Source of the DNA: a virus
IMG/VR virus record: IMGVR_UViG_3300009639_000001
Location: 1-61,813 of that record
Direction: 5' to 3' (one strand)
DNA: 61,813 nucleotides
Positions 38,693 to 48,333 of the stretch are shown one piece after another (the first letter of the stretch is position 1; every line of letters starts with the position of its first letter). The position numbers and the translations under genes were made by a program. Below the pieces are notes generated by a model, which worked only from the letters and a program-made list of their open reading frames with translations, was not told the origin of the DNA and searched no databases.

Positions 38693-38949
38693 TGGTTGCT
38701 TCTTTTTCATTCACGTTTGGCGATATTATAATCATCTGTAAACGGCTTGGAATGCATCAATTAAGCAAGGATTCAAAGACTTGGAATGGAATAGGCCACG
38801 ATGGTATTTTTCGTCAAACATATATCCATAGCCACGGTGCTGGAGTTATGGTGGCTACTGGAACAGCGCGACAGATTGCAAAACAACTGTGCTTTCAAGA
38901 TTTAAAAGATATGCATAGTTTTATGTTAGATAAAAAACGCAAATATTAA
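38692..38949 (+). CDS. HicA-like toxin candidate
   Basis: 85 aa; start overlaps the HicB-like stop; IHSHG...GTARQIAKQL resembles the HicA core. Confidence 0.45.
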   Translation: MVASFSFTFGDIIIICKRLGMHQLSKDSKTWNGIGHDGIFRQTYIHSHGAGVMVATGTARQIAKQLCFQDLKDMHSFMLDKKRKY

Positions 38950-38975
38950 CTCAATAAACATAAGGAGTTGATTAA

Positions 38976-39257
38976 ATGAGCACAACAATACATGTAAATG
39001 ATGATCTATATAAACAGGCAATGGCCGAATCCCAAAATCCATCTGAACGAATTCAATACTGGGCAAAACTTGGTAAAACTGCTCTAGATAATCCTGATTT
39101 GCCGATTGAATTTATTAAATTGATTTTGGAATCAAAAGATCTACCCACTGAACTGTTTGAATTTCATAATACAGAAAAAGAAACTGCCAATGCTGATTAT
39201 CTTGATATGATTGATAAATCTATGAATGAATTGAAAAAAGGTGGATTTTCATTTTAA
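38976..39257 (+). CDS. ParD-like antitoxin family protein (no adjacent toxin)
   Basis: IHVNDDLYKQA...RIQYWAKLGKTALDNPDLPIEFIK matches the remembered ParD_like pattern. Confidence 0.55.
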   Translation: MSTTIHVNDDLYKQAMAESQNPSERIQYWAKLGKTALDNPDLPIEFIKLILESKDLPTELFEFHNTEKETANADYLDMIDKSMNELKKGGFSF

Positions 39258-39294
39258 AATTCTCTGGCCTCATTATTATAAAAATTTTGATATA

Positions 39295-39648
39295 TCATAT
39301 TGGCGTTACCGGCACCGGAGTTACTGATATCAAACTATCTCCAACCCTGAAACTGATCAAATTGGAATTATATACCCCTGTTGGAAACAGAACCTGCATC
39401 TCCAGTATGTATGTACCCACAATCGGAAAATCGCCAGCAACCGTAGTATAAGAAACATAATCATGCCATCCGGGAGTACTGGCCAGCACTATAGTTCCTG
39501 TATGAAAATCCACCGTCTCTCCATCAGGGAACTCCACTATCAAAGTTGCAGCTGTCGCCGTCGATAAATCGATATGCGTTTCCCCATCAGTTTCATATAT
39601 ATACGAATTTATAGTCGTTCCAGACCCGCCAACGATTAAATCCAGCAA
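39295..39648 (-). CDS. Ig-like (BppU-N-like) small structural protein candidate
   Basis: 117 aa, all-beta composition; TTG start after GGGAGGGAAATTAA. Confidence 0.35.
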   Translation of the reverse strand: MLDLIVGGSGTTINSYIYETDGETHIDLSTATAATLIVEFPDGETVDFHTGTIVLASTPGWHDYVSYTTVAGDFPIVGTYILEMQVLFPTGVYNSNLISFRVGDSLISVTPVPVTPI

Positions 39649-39785
39649 ATTAATTTCCCTCCCATCCCTGTCTATGGCGTATAGAAACCATCTTTAAACG
39701 AATGATCAGGGCTATTCTAAACCGCAATTCAATGATATTCACGTTTTATCACCTGCAATCATATTTATACACGGGAGGGATAAAC

Positions 39786-39881
39786 ATGGATCGATTCATT
39801 ATGGACGACCAAGCAGCAGACGAACCTATTTATATGATAATGGATAACGGCAGAGTTGTTATTGTATCGAATCCGAATTAA
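39786..39881 (+). CDS. 31-aa ORF with its own SD and terminator
   Basis: GGGAGGGATAAAC ATG; followed by hairpin tgtccc/ggggaca and T8. Confidence 0.25.
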   Translation: MDRFIMDDQAADEPIYMIMDNGRVVIVSNPN

Positions 39882-39919
39882 TCACACGTCAAGGGTTGTC
39901 CCGTCAGGGGACATTTTTT

Positions 39920-41875
39920 TTATACCCGTTTCACAATCGTCTTACAAAAATACCGCAGCCCATTTAACGCACTACAGATTCCGACAGGTTCTTCCTTCCC
40001 GCGAGCATCCCAAACATATCCGGCAAATTCAGCTATTAAATTCGGGCAACGGTCCTTGTTGATTTTCAGACGATTTATTTTCAGCAATGTGGCAGTCAAA
40101 CGTATGCCATCCAGTAAATTGTCTTCGGCTTCGCGCATAGGAAAACCCGCACGGCGACTGAGGATTTTTAAGGACTGGATCTCAGGCGATATCAGAATTC
40201 CACCAAAAGAATATCGTTTATTTTTTATAAACTGGCGAATATCTTCAATATATTCATTATCTGTCTTTGATCGATTCCAGCGCCGAGGTTCCCAATAATA
40301 TTCGTTATCGACATAATAAAATCCATTCTGCTCAATGATCTCTAATATACAGAATGGAGTTGTAGTCCCATAACCTATAGAAAAATATCGGTGATACCAA
40401 TTGCCGATAATATCAGGCCCTTCACCATCAGCATATAAACTATCTTGGGTATTATCGTATACGTATGGAGAATATATCACTTTAAGTCGAAATAACGCCT
40501 GCGACATGCAGTCTACCTGATCATCATTTTTCCCCGAAGGGAACGCCGAACACTCATCTATAAACTCATCGCCTAACCCGTTTTCCGGCACATACACATT
40601 TCCGGCCTCAATATCCGGCAATACCGACGAAACACGAGCAACTTTCCCGCCTTGAGGGTTAACGGCAATCAATCCAGGGATCTCTCCGCTTAACATCTGG
40701 ATCACCGCCGGACCGTTGGCCTTATCTTCAATCAACTTCGCATAACCCATCGGCCACTTCGCCGACATCATGCGGATGGCCGTCATGGTGGCCGGAGTAT
40801 CCATCTTGGCCCTGATCTGGTCCAGCAGATACTTATTAGCCCCAATCCGGCCCCACACTTGACCGACGACATAATCGGAGGTCTGCAAGTCTTTAAATGC
40901 ACAGTCCCAAGACTGAATGACTTCGTCAAATGCAGCAGGTGGCTCTTTATAACGTTTCCACCACTCGCGCTTAATCATATTGCCACCGGCAGGAGTCGGG
41001 TTCTGCTGATACAGTGCAGTCCAATCGTAACTCCCGATGGTGGCCTTGATCTTATCCAGCACATCCCGGTTATACTTCCCCGGCCATAATGCGTCACCTG
41101 GCTTGCGGGGATCGTTCCCGCTTGGAGTTTCCAGCACCGCCGGATATTCGATGACTTCCCATTGGTCGGCGCCGGGATCTTCTTTGGCAAGTTTTAAGAG
41201 ACGGCCTGCCAAGTCATCTTCATGCCAGCGGGTGAGGGTAATTAATATAGCCGCATCTTTTTCCTGGCGCGTGTAGAATGTGCTAGTATACCAATCCCAC
41301 ACACCATCGCGGATAGTCTTAGATTCGGCCTCCTGTCGATTTTTGAGACAATCGTCAATGATGCCATAATGGAACCCCATGCCAGTAATACCAGTGCCGA
41401 CGCCAGCAGCCCGATAGGAACCAGAATGGCCGACGATTTCGAACATATCGGAGTTACGGATATAGTTGATCTTGGAAGGCTTAGTACCTGCAAGACCGGT
41501 GTCCGGGAACAGCGTTATGTATTTTCCTTCATCTATAATACGCTGCACATCACGGTTCATCATACTGGCCAAATCAGAAGAATAAGAGGCTGATATAATA
41601 GAAGCTTCTGGAAACCTTCCTAATATATACGCAGGTAAACGTCTGGATACCAGTTCTGACTTTCCATTACGAGGAGGGCAGAAGATCATCAACCGCCGGA
41701 TCTTGCCTGCAACAAAATCATCCAGCTTACGGCAGATGTTTTTATGGTGCCAGTTCACTTCGTAGGCCGGGAAAGTATAGGTAGTAAAGTCAAGCAAGTT
41801 CGAACGGGCTTGGTCCTGTTTTTCGAGTTCCAGCAAGTAGAGCAGTTCGGTTTCTTGTTCAGCGGTCCAAGCCAT
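39920..41875 (-). CDS. terL: Terminase large subunit
   Basis: Walker A-like PPRNGKS; GIIDDCLK (Walker B); C-terminal nuclease half. ATG at 41873-41875 after GAGGTGG. Confidence 0.9.
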   Translation of the reverse strand: MAWTAEQETELLYLLELEKQDQARSNLLDFTTYTFPAYEVNWHHKNICRKLDDFVAGKIRRLMIFCPPRNGKSELVSRRLPAYILGRFPEASIISASYSSDLASMMNRDVQRIIDEGKYITLFPDTGLAGTKPSKINYIRNSDMFEIVGHSGSYRAAGVGTGITGMGFHYGIIDDCLKNRQEAESKTIRDGVWDWYTSTFYTRQEKDAAILITLTRWHEDDLAGRLLKLAKEDPGADQWEVIEYPAVLETPSGNDPRKPGDALWPGKYNRDVLDKIKATIGSYDWTALYQQNPTPAGGNMIKREWWKRYKEPPAAFDEVIQSWDCAFKDLQTSDYVVGQVWGRIGANKYLLDQIRAKMDTPATMTAIRMMSAKWPMGYAKLIEDKANGPAVIQMLSGEIPGLIAVNPQGGKVARVSSVLPDIEAGNVYVPENGLGDEFIDECSAFPSGKNDDQVDCMSQALFRLKVIYSPYVYDNTQDSLYADGEGPDIIGNWYHRYFSIGYGTTTPFCILEIIEQNGFYYVDNEYYWEPRRWNRSKTDNEYIEDIRQFIKNKRYSFGGILISPEIQSLKILSRRAGFPMREAEDNLLDGIRLTATLLKINRLKINKDRCPNLIAEFAGYVWDARGKEEPVGICSALNGLRYFCKTIVKRV

Positions 41876-41908
41876 AATATACCACCTCGGATATCTTGAA
41901 TTTATACA

Positions 41909-41937
41909 TTGACATTCAAACTTGAACATGGTATAAT
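41909..41937 (+). promoter_or_regulatory. Consensus SigA promoter for the plus-strand small-gene operon
   Basis: TTGACA (41909-41914), 17 nt, TATAAT (41932-41937); the spacer contains the palindrome ttcaaacttgaa. Confidence 0.65.
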
Positions 41938-41968
41938 TAGTTCAAGATAAAGAGAGGGGTTAACGAAC

Positions 41969-42256
41969 ATGAAAAACTGGAAAGACGAAATCGACCAAGC
42001 AGTAGAAAAAATGGTAGCTCAAATGGTACAAGCTAACTTCTCGCAAGAAAAACTCGACATGAATAAAAACCTACTCAGTACAGTAGCCGATGGCTTAAAA
42101 CAAGACCTCGATAAATATACCGCATCCGATCTAATGTTTTGGGGATGCAAAGATGCAAAAACTTATGTGACCGGAATATACGGAATGGCTGGCAAATTTG
42201 CAGATCAAGGCAGCATGAAACACAAAATCGCAAGCAGTATTGCACAATTAATGTAA
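41969..42256 (+). CDS. Hypothetical protein (moron operon gene 1)
   Basis: 95-aa ORF after AGAGAGGGG. Confidence 0.5.
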   Translation: MKNWKDEIDQAVEKMVAQMVQANFSQEKLDMNKNLLSTVADGLKQDLDKYTASDLMFWGCKDAKTYVTGIYGMAGKFADQGSMKHKIASSIAQLM

Positions 42257-42270
42257 GGAGATAGAGAAAA

Positions 42271-42360
42271 ATGAAACGACTTGGGAAACTAAAAGGATAT
42301 CGAATCAAAAATATATGGCAATATTACTTATATCTACATAAAACAGGGAGATCACAATGA
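42271..42360 (+). CDS. 29-aa basic peptide
   Basis: AAGGAG 9 nt upstream; ATGA overlap with the next ORF. Confidence 0.3.
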   Translation: MKRLGKLKGYRIKNIWQYYLYLHKTGRSQ

Positions 42361-42530
42361 AATCATACGATAGCCAAAACAATGCTGATTACGCCACATG
42401 GGGTGGCTCTCGACCTGGATCAGGACCTAAACCAACAGGGCGTAAATCAAAACCAATTTACGTAACAGAAGAGGAACTCATCGCAGTTAAGGCGTATATT
42501 AAACAAATGAGGAGTGGTAAAAATGACTGA
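42357..42530 (+). CDS. 57-aa hypothetical protein
   Basis: Translationally coupled on both sides. Confidence 0.35.
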   Translation: MKSYDSQNNADYATWGGSRPGSGPKPTGRKSKPIYVTEEELIAVKAYIKQMRSGKND

Positions 42531-42741
42531 GATGGAATTATTGCAACAGATATTATCAAGGTTGGGTTCTATAGAAAGCAAGATGGATACTTTAGCAACC
42601 AAGGACGATCTTAAAAACGCCGTAGAAGACCTTAGAACCGCCATAGATATAGTTCGTGAAGATGTACAAGCACACAGCGAAATTCTAGGCAGACACGAAA
42701 CTAGACTTTCAGTGTTGAACCAAAAAATTAGAGCCAAATGA
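42523..42741 (+). CDS. 72-aa coiled-coil protein
   Basis: ATG after AGGAGTGG; heptad-like sequence. Confidence 0.45.
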   Translation: MTEMELLQQILSRLGSIESKMDTLATKDDLKNAVEDLRTAIDIVREDVQAHSEILGRHETRLSVLNQKIRAK

Positions 42742-42751
42742 TATATGATAA

Positions 42752-42779
42752 AAACAGCCCTTTCGGGGGTTGTTTTTTA
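42752..42779. terminator. Stem-loop plus T6 between convergent operons
   Basis: cagccc tttc gggggttg, then tttttt. Confidence 0.45.
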
Positions 42780-43166
42780 TGTAATATCATTCTTACCAAA
42801 ATCAAGCTTTAATTGTCCATAGAGTTCAGCTTGATGCATACTCAATTTTTTTCTAGTTTTTGTACGAGAATCAATGCTTGATTCTTGACGGCGAAGTAAT
42901 TTATTAACCTTTTCAACATCTGTTGTTTTTGAAATTATACAAATTTCTTCTGGATTTAGAGAGAATGCATCACGTATCCCTCTATTATCTTTAACTTTAA
43001 TTAAAGTGTAATTTGTTTTTTGATTTATATGTTGGATCTGAAACGTTTCATAACTTGGCATAGAAATGCAATCTGCTATACGTTTATTGATAATTTTTTT
43101 ATCTGTTATATTTTCTTCTTTGATCCAATCAGCAATAACCTGATATTTAGATTTTTCTTTTGCCAT
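42777..43166 (-). CDS. Hypothetical protein
   Basis: 129-aa ORF adjacent to the ParB-like gene. Confidence 0.45.
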   Translation of the reverse strand: MAKEKSKYQVIADWIKEENITDKKIINKRIADCISMPSYETFQIQHINQKTNYTLIKVKDNRGIRDAFSLNPEEICIISKTTDVEKVNKLLRRQESSIDSRTKTRKKLSMHQAELYGQLKLDFGKNDIT

Positions 43167-44156
43167 TTATTTCACCACCTTAAATCTTCTAGCCTTGGAT
43201 AGTTCAGTCTTAATGATCTGCAAATTAGAAATGCATTGGTTAATCCTGTAATTAAAACCATCAATATCGCCAAGCCCTTCCTGCGCAACTTCTAACCAGC
43301 ATTGAACTCCTTCTTGGATATTGTCCATTTCAAGGCTAGAAAATTCCCAAGTAAATTTATTTAATTTTTTGGCCCAAGCATATTGATAGTCTATTTGACG
43401 TTCACCAGTTTTTATCCGTTCATTCATTGCCTCACGTTCTTGAGCTGTCATATTGTACTCTTTCTCAAATCTTTGTTGGTTAATTCCTTCCATAAGAAAA
43501 GAAGTTTTCCCATCTTCAAGACGTTTAAATGCTTCAGTTTGCTCATCCAGAGTTGTTTTACTAGCGACAGCATGTGCTACCATAAGAGGTATTTTATTAT
43601 CTGCAACAGCCTGCACAATCTCTGGAATAGCATCTTTAATCACTTCTTTAGCATCTTCGATTTTTTCTTCAGTTGGTTCGAAGATGGTAATTGGCTTGCG
43701 TTCGATTTGACGAGGACGTTCACGCCCCAGAGTATCAGTTACTTTAGAGACATGGGGAATTTCCCCATGTGATTCCAATTTTTCTCTTATAACTCCTACT
43801 GTCTTATGATCTACGCCAATAATCATAGCAATCTGCCTGTCACTCTTCTCAGGCGTTTCTATCAACTGCTGTCGAATCAATTCTCCACGTTGATCCTGAT
43901 TCAAGTGCCTACGATTCACATTGACCGTCCTAGCGTAATCACGCTTCTGCTGCTCGGACATTCCGACTTTGACGATTTTTGGCCAATCCTTAATGCCCAG
44001 TTCTTCGCAGGCTTGCACTCGATGATGGCCGTCTAAAATTTCACCATTCTCATCATACTCAACAGCCACTAAAACGCCGTTCATTGATATGCTGTTTTTC
44101 AACTCCGTGAACTCCTGGGCGGTTAACTCTGGCATGACTTGGTGTTTTGGTGTCAT
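43167..44156 (-). CDS. ParB N-terminal (ParB/Srx nuclease-like) domain protein
   Basis: GVLVAVEYDENGEILDGHHRVQACEELG motif; central HTH (DRQIAMIIGVDHKTV). Confidence 0.75.
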   Translation of the reverse strand: MTPKHQVMPELTAQEFTELKNSISMNGVLVAVEYDENGEILDGHHRVQACEELGIKDWPKIVKVGMSEQQKRDYARTVNVNRRHLNQDQRGELIRQQLIETPEKSDRQIAMIIGVDHKTVGVIREKLESHGEIPHVSKVTDTLGRERPRQIERKPITIFEPTEEKIEDAKEVIKDAIPEIVQAVADNKIPLMVAHAVASKTTLDEQTEAFKRLEDGKTSFLMEGINQQRFEKEYNMTAQEREAMNERIKTGERQIDYQYAWAKKLNKFTWEFSSLEMDNIQEGVQCWLEVAQEGLGDIDGFNYRINQCISNLQIIKTELSKARRFKVVK

Positions 44157-44175
44157 AGTTTCCTCCTCCTAAGCC

Positions 44176-44203
44176 AATAAAAAATAGCCCCTTTAAAGGG
44201 GCT
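44176..44203 (-). terminator. Rho-independent terminator
   Basis: Perfect palindrome agcccctttaaaggggct, followed on the minus strand by ATTTTTTATT. Confidence 0.6.
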
Positions 44204-44388
44204 TTATATCCATATTATTCAAATTTGTAGTATACACAGTGGACATTAGCAGTATAACCATCATATGACCACAAAACTACAACAACATGCAACTAGACTC
44301 AAACCCTTAAGGCTGTAAGGTTCAATGCCATTCCATAATGTTTCTAACTTCGATAACTTTTCTTTTCGTAATTAGAAATATAATGCTT

Positions 44389-44841
44389 TTAGTCATTATT
44401 TGTCGGCGTAATGTCGATCTCCATCATACGTTGTTTTAATAGTTCTTGGATTCTTCGTTCGCGTTCATCAGCTGGAATTTGAACTCTTGTATCTCTAATT
44501 TCAATAACTGCATTATCTCTAAATTTATGCGGACGTCCAGCCTTAAGAGTAAACATCAAAAGGTTATCCGATCCAGCAATGGCGCGATTTCTAGCGACTG
44601 TTTCCAATGCATCTAAAGCATCATCATTTGCATGTTGAAAACGTTTAGGATATTCAGGATCTTCAATCATCCAATTATAATGCATAGTTCTAGAAATACC
44701 TACAGCCTTACAAGCAGTATTAATCACACCACATTCGGCATAAGCAGCTAGGAATGCTTCCTTTTTGTTGTTAACTTTCGTTAAGCTTCCTTCTTTTTTC
44801 GCTACTTCTCCCATGTTTCCACCTTCTGACTCTTTAAGCAT
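44389..44841 (-). CDS. terS: Terminase small subunit candidate (HTH type)
   Basis: FLAAYAECGVINTACKAVGISRTMHYNW...DPEY...LLMFTLKAGRPHKFRD pattern of HTH small terminases; alternative start at 44814. Confidence 0.55.
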   Translation of the reverse strand: MLKESEGGNMGEVAKKEGSLTKVNNKKEAFLAAYAECGVINTACKAVGISRTMHYNWMIEDPEYPKRFQHANDDALDALETVARNRAIAGSDNLLMFTLKAGRPHKFRDNAVIEIRDTRVQIPADERERRIQELLKQRMMEIDITPTNND

Positions 44842-44882
44842 CCGCCTCCCACCCCTGGCTCAATGATGCTTACATTCCCACA

Positions 44883-44908
44883 TAAAAAACCGTCCATTTA
44901 GGACGGCT
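44883..44908 (-). terminator. Terminator between the late-activator-like gene and terS
   Basis: ccgtcc pairs with ggacgg, followed on the minus strand by TTTTTTATG. Confidence 0.5.
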
Positions 44909-44959
44909 TATCCAATATCATCATAGCATGTTAAAAGCGTTGTTTGATGTGACACGAAA

Positions 44960-45424
44960 TTATAAACATCCTGTTTTTATTGCTATTCGGATCGTAATAT
45001 TAAGTATTTCTTCCCACCATTTATACATAGTATGCCGATCTGGATAATTAATTCGACCATATTTACGATAAAACCAATCAGAGTATCGTTGTAATGTTAT
45101 ATCGGTCCATCCCGGCCTGCCTCGATCATTTGTATTATGATAAGCCCATCGTCTAGCATCTAAAAAAGCAAGTTTCTTTTCATTTAGACAACTTTCAGCT
45201 TTTTCTATCGTTATAATCCATAAACGTGTTTTTTCTTGATCTGCCAATGAGATACTTTTGATTTCAGTTGGACAACCAATATCTGTTCCTCCTGGCAATC
45301 CTGAATAAGTCATCGCGCTTAAATAAGAAAATTCTTGTATTTTGTTTAAATATGCTTGTCTCCTAGCTGGATATTCCAACAACCACTCAGAGGCGATTTT
45401 ATTCTGGCCTATGTAATCAAGCAA
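44960..45424 (-). CDS. Putative late-gene transcriptional activator (RinA/ArpU-like position)
   Basis: 154 aa immediately upstream of terS; the call rests mainly on position. Confidence 0.35.
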   Translation of the reverse strand: MLDYIGQNKIASEWLLEYPARRQAYLNKIQEFSYLSAMTYSGLPGGTDIGCPTEIKSISLADQEKTRLWIITIEKAESCLNEKKLAFLDARRWAYHNTNDRGRPGWTDITLQRYSDWFYRKYGRINYPDRHTMYKWWEEILNITIRIAIKTGCL

Positions 45425-45578
45425 ATTAATCGCTCCTTCACCAATTTATCGCCATAATGCATACATTGCTGCACAACCGGTTATATATCCTATAGTGTAT
45501 TCCCATTTGGATGGTAAAGAACATGCTATAATAGCACCTATTAAACCAATACCAAGAGCATGTAAAAATCCCATTTCT

Positions 45579-45749
45579 TCACCATCCCATTATCATTTTT
45601 ACAACTGCCAATGGAATACCGATTGTTGCAGCTATTAACAAACCAGTAACACATATTAAAACAATAAACACAAAAAATGCGCCAAAAGCTGAAAAAACAA
45701 TCATAGAAATATCTTTGCAAATATCGATAATTAATTCTAATATTTTCAT
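45579..45749 (-). CDS. 56-aa membrane protein
   Basis: GGAGGTGACAA ATG; MKILELIIDICKDISMIVFSAFGAFFVFIVLICVTGLLIAA...; replaces the implausible track ORF 45541-45762. Confidence 0.4.
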   Translation of the reverse strand: MKILELIIDICKDISMIVFSAFGAFFVFIVLICVTGLLIAATIGIPLAVVKMIMGW

Positions 45750-45845
45750 TTGTCACCTCCATACTTGTCCATCAAACAACAGGCAAGAAAAACGAATGCT
45801 AGAGTAAGCATAAGCTGTTGAAGTAGTGAAACCATGGAATCATTA

Positions 45846-46562
45846 TCAATCATTATTGGCACCTCGCTTTAATGCTTCAATCCTATTCATTGCCTCCTCT
45901 TTCGCCTTACCGCCATCACGGCACTGACTAAAAGGGATTGTATGCATTGCATTATCTGCTGACTTTAATGCCTTTTCAAGCTCTTCAACTCGCTTTTCTG
46001 CTTGCTCTCTTCTCTCACGTTCAAGAATAACCTTATCGCGCATATCAACGACTTGTTGTTCTCTCTCTTTAACCTTCTCCCGTTCAACCCTTAATTCATC
46101 TTCAAGCTGTTCTGCGCGATCTTTAGCTAACAACGCCCTTTGTTGTTGATTAAAGTTATCACCTCTTAATTGAGTACATTCGCGTATTGTATGATCCACG
46201 GCATTGTCTAACATTGTGCTTCGTTCCCGCTCAGTGGCTATGTCTTGCTTAGATGTACATAAGTTTTCCACTAATACATCTATTTTGTTTTCCATTGCTT
46301 TAATTTCATTGTTTAATGTTTGTACAAAATTATTAATAGTTGTTAATTTCTCTTCTAGCAATTTGGAAAGTGTATCTGACATATCTAAAACACCTTTGTA
46401 ATATCCTGCTGAATCTTTCCAGATGCTTGCCCACTTTTGAGAAGTGGCTAGGTCTTGCTGTAGTTTGTCTATATTTGCTTGCTGTGATTCCAGCAGGTCA
46501 ATTATTTGTTTATTATCTCCGCACCTTGATTTAATCCACTTGATAGCATCCTCAACCTTCAT
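45846..46562 (-). CDS. Coiled-coil protein, unknown function
   Basis: 238 aa with long heptad regions. Confidence 0.5.
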   Translation of the reverse strand: MKVEDAIKWIKSRCGDNKQIIDLLESQQANIDKLQQDLATSQKWASIWKDSAGYYKGVLDMSDTLSKLLEEKLTTINNFVQTLNNEIKAMENKIDVLVENLCTSKQDIATERERSTMLDNAVDHTIRECTQLRGDNFNQQQRALLAKDRAEQLEDELRVEREKVKEREQQVVDMRDKVILERERREQAEKRVEELEKALKSADNAMHTIPFSQCRDGGKAKEEAMNRIEALKRGANND

Positions 46563-47098
46563 TTATTAGCCTCCCATACCCAATTTTCAAAATCATCACA
46601 AGGGTAACATTCTTTATGTCTTCCATGTCTCCGTATACAATTCCAGCAATTCCGCATCTGCTCAATTTGTTTCTGCAACTCCGTATATTTGGCATCGCAA
46701 TACTCATCAAGAGTCTGTTTTATACCGCTACGCATCATTAATTTGCCAATTATGGATTCTAACCGCTTATTTTCTGCCAGCAATTCGTTATATTTCGGAA
46801 ATAATTGGTTATAACCATCCTTGATTTCTGTAGTTAATGCCAATTCAGACCACAACCTCTCACACTCAGCAAGCAAAAATTCGATGTCTGCGGGGGCGTT
46901 GACGATGAATTGGGCGTTGGAATACCCATTTAAATATTTCTCGATAGTTATCAGTAAGTTTGGCGTTTCCCCAATTCTTGAGCCAGTTTCATTAAATTTT
47001 GTTTCTCTATCGTGTATTTGATAGTTTACTAAATGCCATCCCTGTGTGATATTCAGCAACCTCACACGAATCTCGCTATGCCTGTCCATTTTGATCAC
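46559..47098 (-). CDS. Hypothetical protein with a C-terminal Cys/His cluster
   Basis: 179-aa ORF; CWNCIRRHGRHKECYPC. Confidence 0.5.
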   Translation of the reverse strand: MIKMDRHSEIRVRLLNITQGWHLVNYQIHDRETKFNETGSRIGETPNLLITIEKYLNGYSNAQFIVNAPADIEFLLAECERLWSELALTTEIKDGYNQLFPKYNELLAENKRLESIIGKLMMRSGIKQTLDEYCDAKYTELQKQIEQMRNCWNCIRRHGRHKECYPCDDFENWVWEANK

Positions 47099-47110
47099 CT
47101 CTTTTAATAT

Positions 47111-47329
47111 TCAATGATCAACATTGTCTATCTCCTTCGCATACATAATCGGCATCACATTATTTTTACAACCGTACATCTTATATTGACATATTCTGCA
47201 ATGCGTAATTCCGCAACCTTGACCATTTGCTTTACATGACAACCAAACTGCGGAACGAGTTGGAATAATGCATTTGAGACATTGGCATTCAACTTCACTC
47301 ATAATAATCATCTCCTGGCCGAATTCCAT
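47111..47329 (-). CDS. Cys-rich small protein
   Basis: 72 aa with multiple CxxC pairs. Confidence 0.45.
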   Translation of the reverse strand: MEFGQEMIIMSEVECQCLKCIIPTRSAVWLSCKANGQGCGITHCRICQYKMYGCKNNVMPIMYAKEIDNVDH

Positions 47330-47355
47330 ATATTGGAAATAATAGTCGATATTTG

Positions 47356-47721
47356 TTAAGATTCCAATTCTCCCAACAATCCCACAATCTCATTTTTCCA
47401 CTTCATCAATACAGCCCGTTCCTTTTCATACTCCTCCATTGATCCCCACCCATGTTTTCCGATTACTGGCCTAATATAATATCCATAATCTGGATTTTTT
47501 ATCAACACCGCACCTGTGTTCCTGCAATACATCAAAGCAGCTCGTAAATCTTCGGAACCACCCATAACTTCGGAACTGCGCTCGAATAGTTTCAGCCACA
47601 AGTCAGAATCCTCTGGCGAATGCTCCGCATAGTTGTCCCACCAGCAAGCGCCTGCAAAGAACTTATAGGGATTGAACTGCTCTTTTTTACTTCGTCGGCC
47701 ATCCGGTATCATGTCTTTCAT
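47356..47721 (-). CDS. Hypothetical protein
   Basis: 121-aa ORF in the early operon. Confidence 0.5.
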   Translation of the reverse strand: MKDMIPDGRRSKKEQFNPYKFFAGACWWDNYAEHSPEDSDLWLKLFERSSEVMGGSEDLRAALMYCRNTGAVLIKNPDYGYYIRPVIGKHGWGSMEEYEKERAVLMKWKNEIVGLLGELES

Positions 47722-48245
47722 ATAGCGATGAAGATTTGACCGGCTTGCTCAACTATTTTTAAAATAGGTTGTAATCTTGAATTTTTTTTTGAATATTGTT
47801 CGATTTGTTGTTCAGTATTTTTAATCCTAATTTCTCTATCTTTGTAATCTGTCTCATCAAAATTATATTGCACATAACAAGGATTATAATTTAATCCATT
47901 TTTGTTCCATTTTTCTTCCCATATACTAATTTGTAGTTTAAAGTCTTTTAAATCAATTTTTAATCTTTCAATTAATGATAAATAATCAAAAATATATCCT
48001 TTGCGCAATTCACCATTTTCTAACCAAATAAAATGATAATGCTTATCATCTCCATAAGGATAACGTGCTTCATAATTACATCCATCAAAATGCTTATTCA
48101 CCCAGCCTAAAATAGTACTATTAATTGTAAAATTATCTGATCTTGGTATTTGATCATAAACTGCTATTGTCATTTTGTTTTTACCTACTTTTAAAACTTT
48201 GATTGATACTTCCACTGTCGATATTGAAATATCTTTTCCCTGCAA
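47718..48245 (-). CDS. Hypothetical protein
   Basis: 175-aa ORF, first gene downstream of the origin. Confidence 0.5.
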   Translation of the reverse strand: MQGKDISISTVEVSIKVLKVGKNKMTIAVYDQIPRSDNFTINSTILGWVNKHFDGCNYEARYPYGDDKHYHFIWLENGELRKGYIFDYLSLIERLKIDLKDFKLQISIWEEKWNKNGLNYNPCYVQYNFDETDYKDREIRIKNTEQQIEQYSKKNSRLQPILKIVEQAGQIFIAI

Positions 48246-48333
48246 GTAAATCCCTCCTAAGAACGTTTGTTCTCCCCCTATAAAAGAAATATATTATATA
48301 AAAAAGTATGTATAATAGGTACTTATATCCTTT

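Noticed and set aside
41876-41929. N-terminal extension of terL in the track ORF (MFKFECQCINSRYPRWYI...)
   Set aside because: An ATG with a GAGGTGG SD at 41873-41875 gives a canonical start. The extension would overlap the divergent consensus promoter. The same reasoning trimmed 3085-3417, 4701-5081, 12893-13621, 18358-18996, 20468-20884, 23541-25115, 38159-38692 and 60563-61381.
45541-45762. 73-aa track ORF (MEVTNENIRINYRYLQRYFYDC...)
   Set aside because: It has an implausible composition and no SD. Another frame on the same strand gives an SD-preceded 56-aa membrane protein (45579-45749) followed by a 43-aa one.
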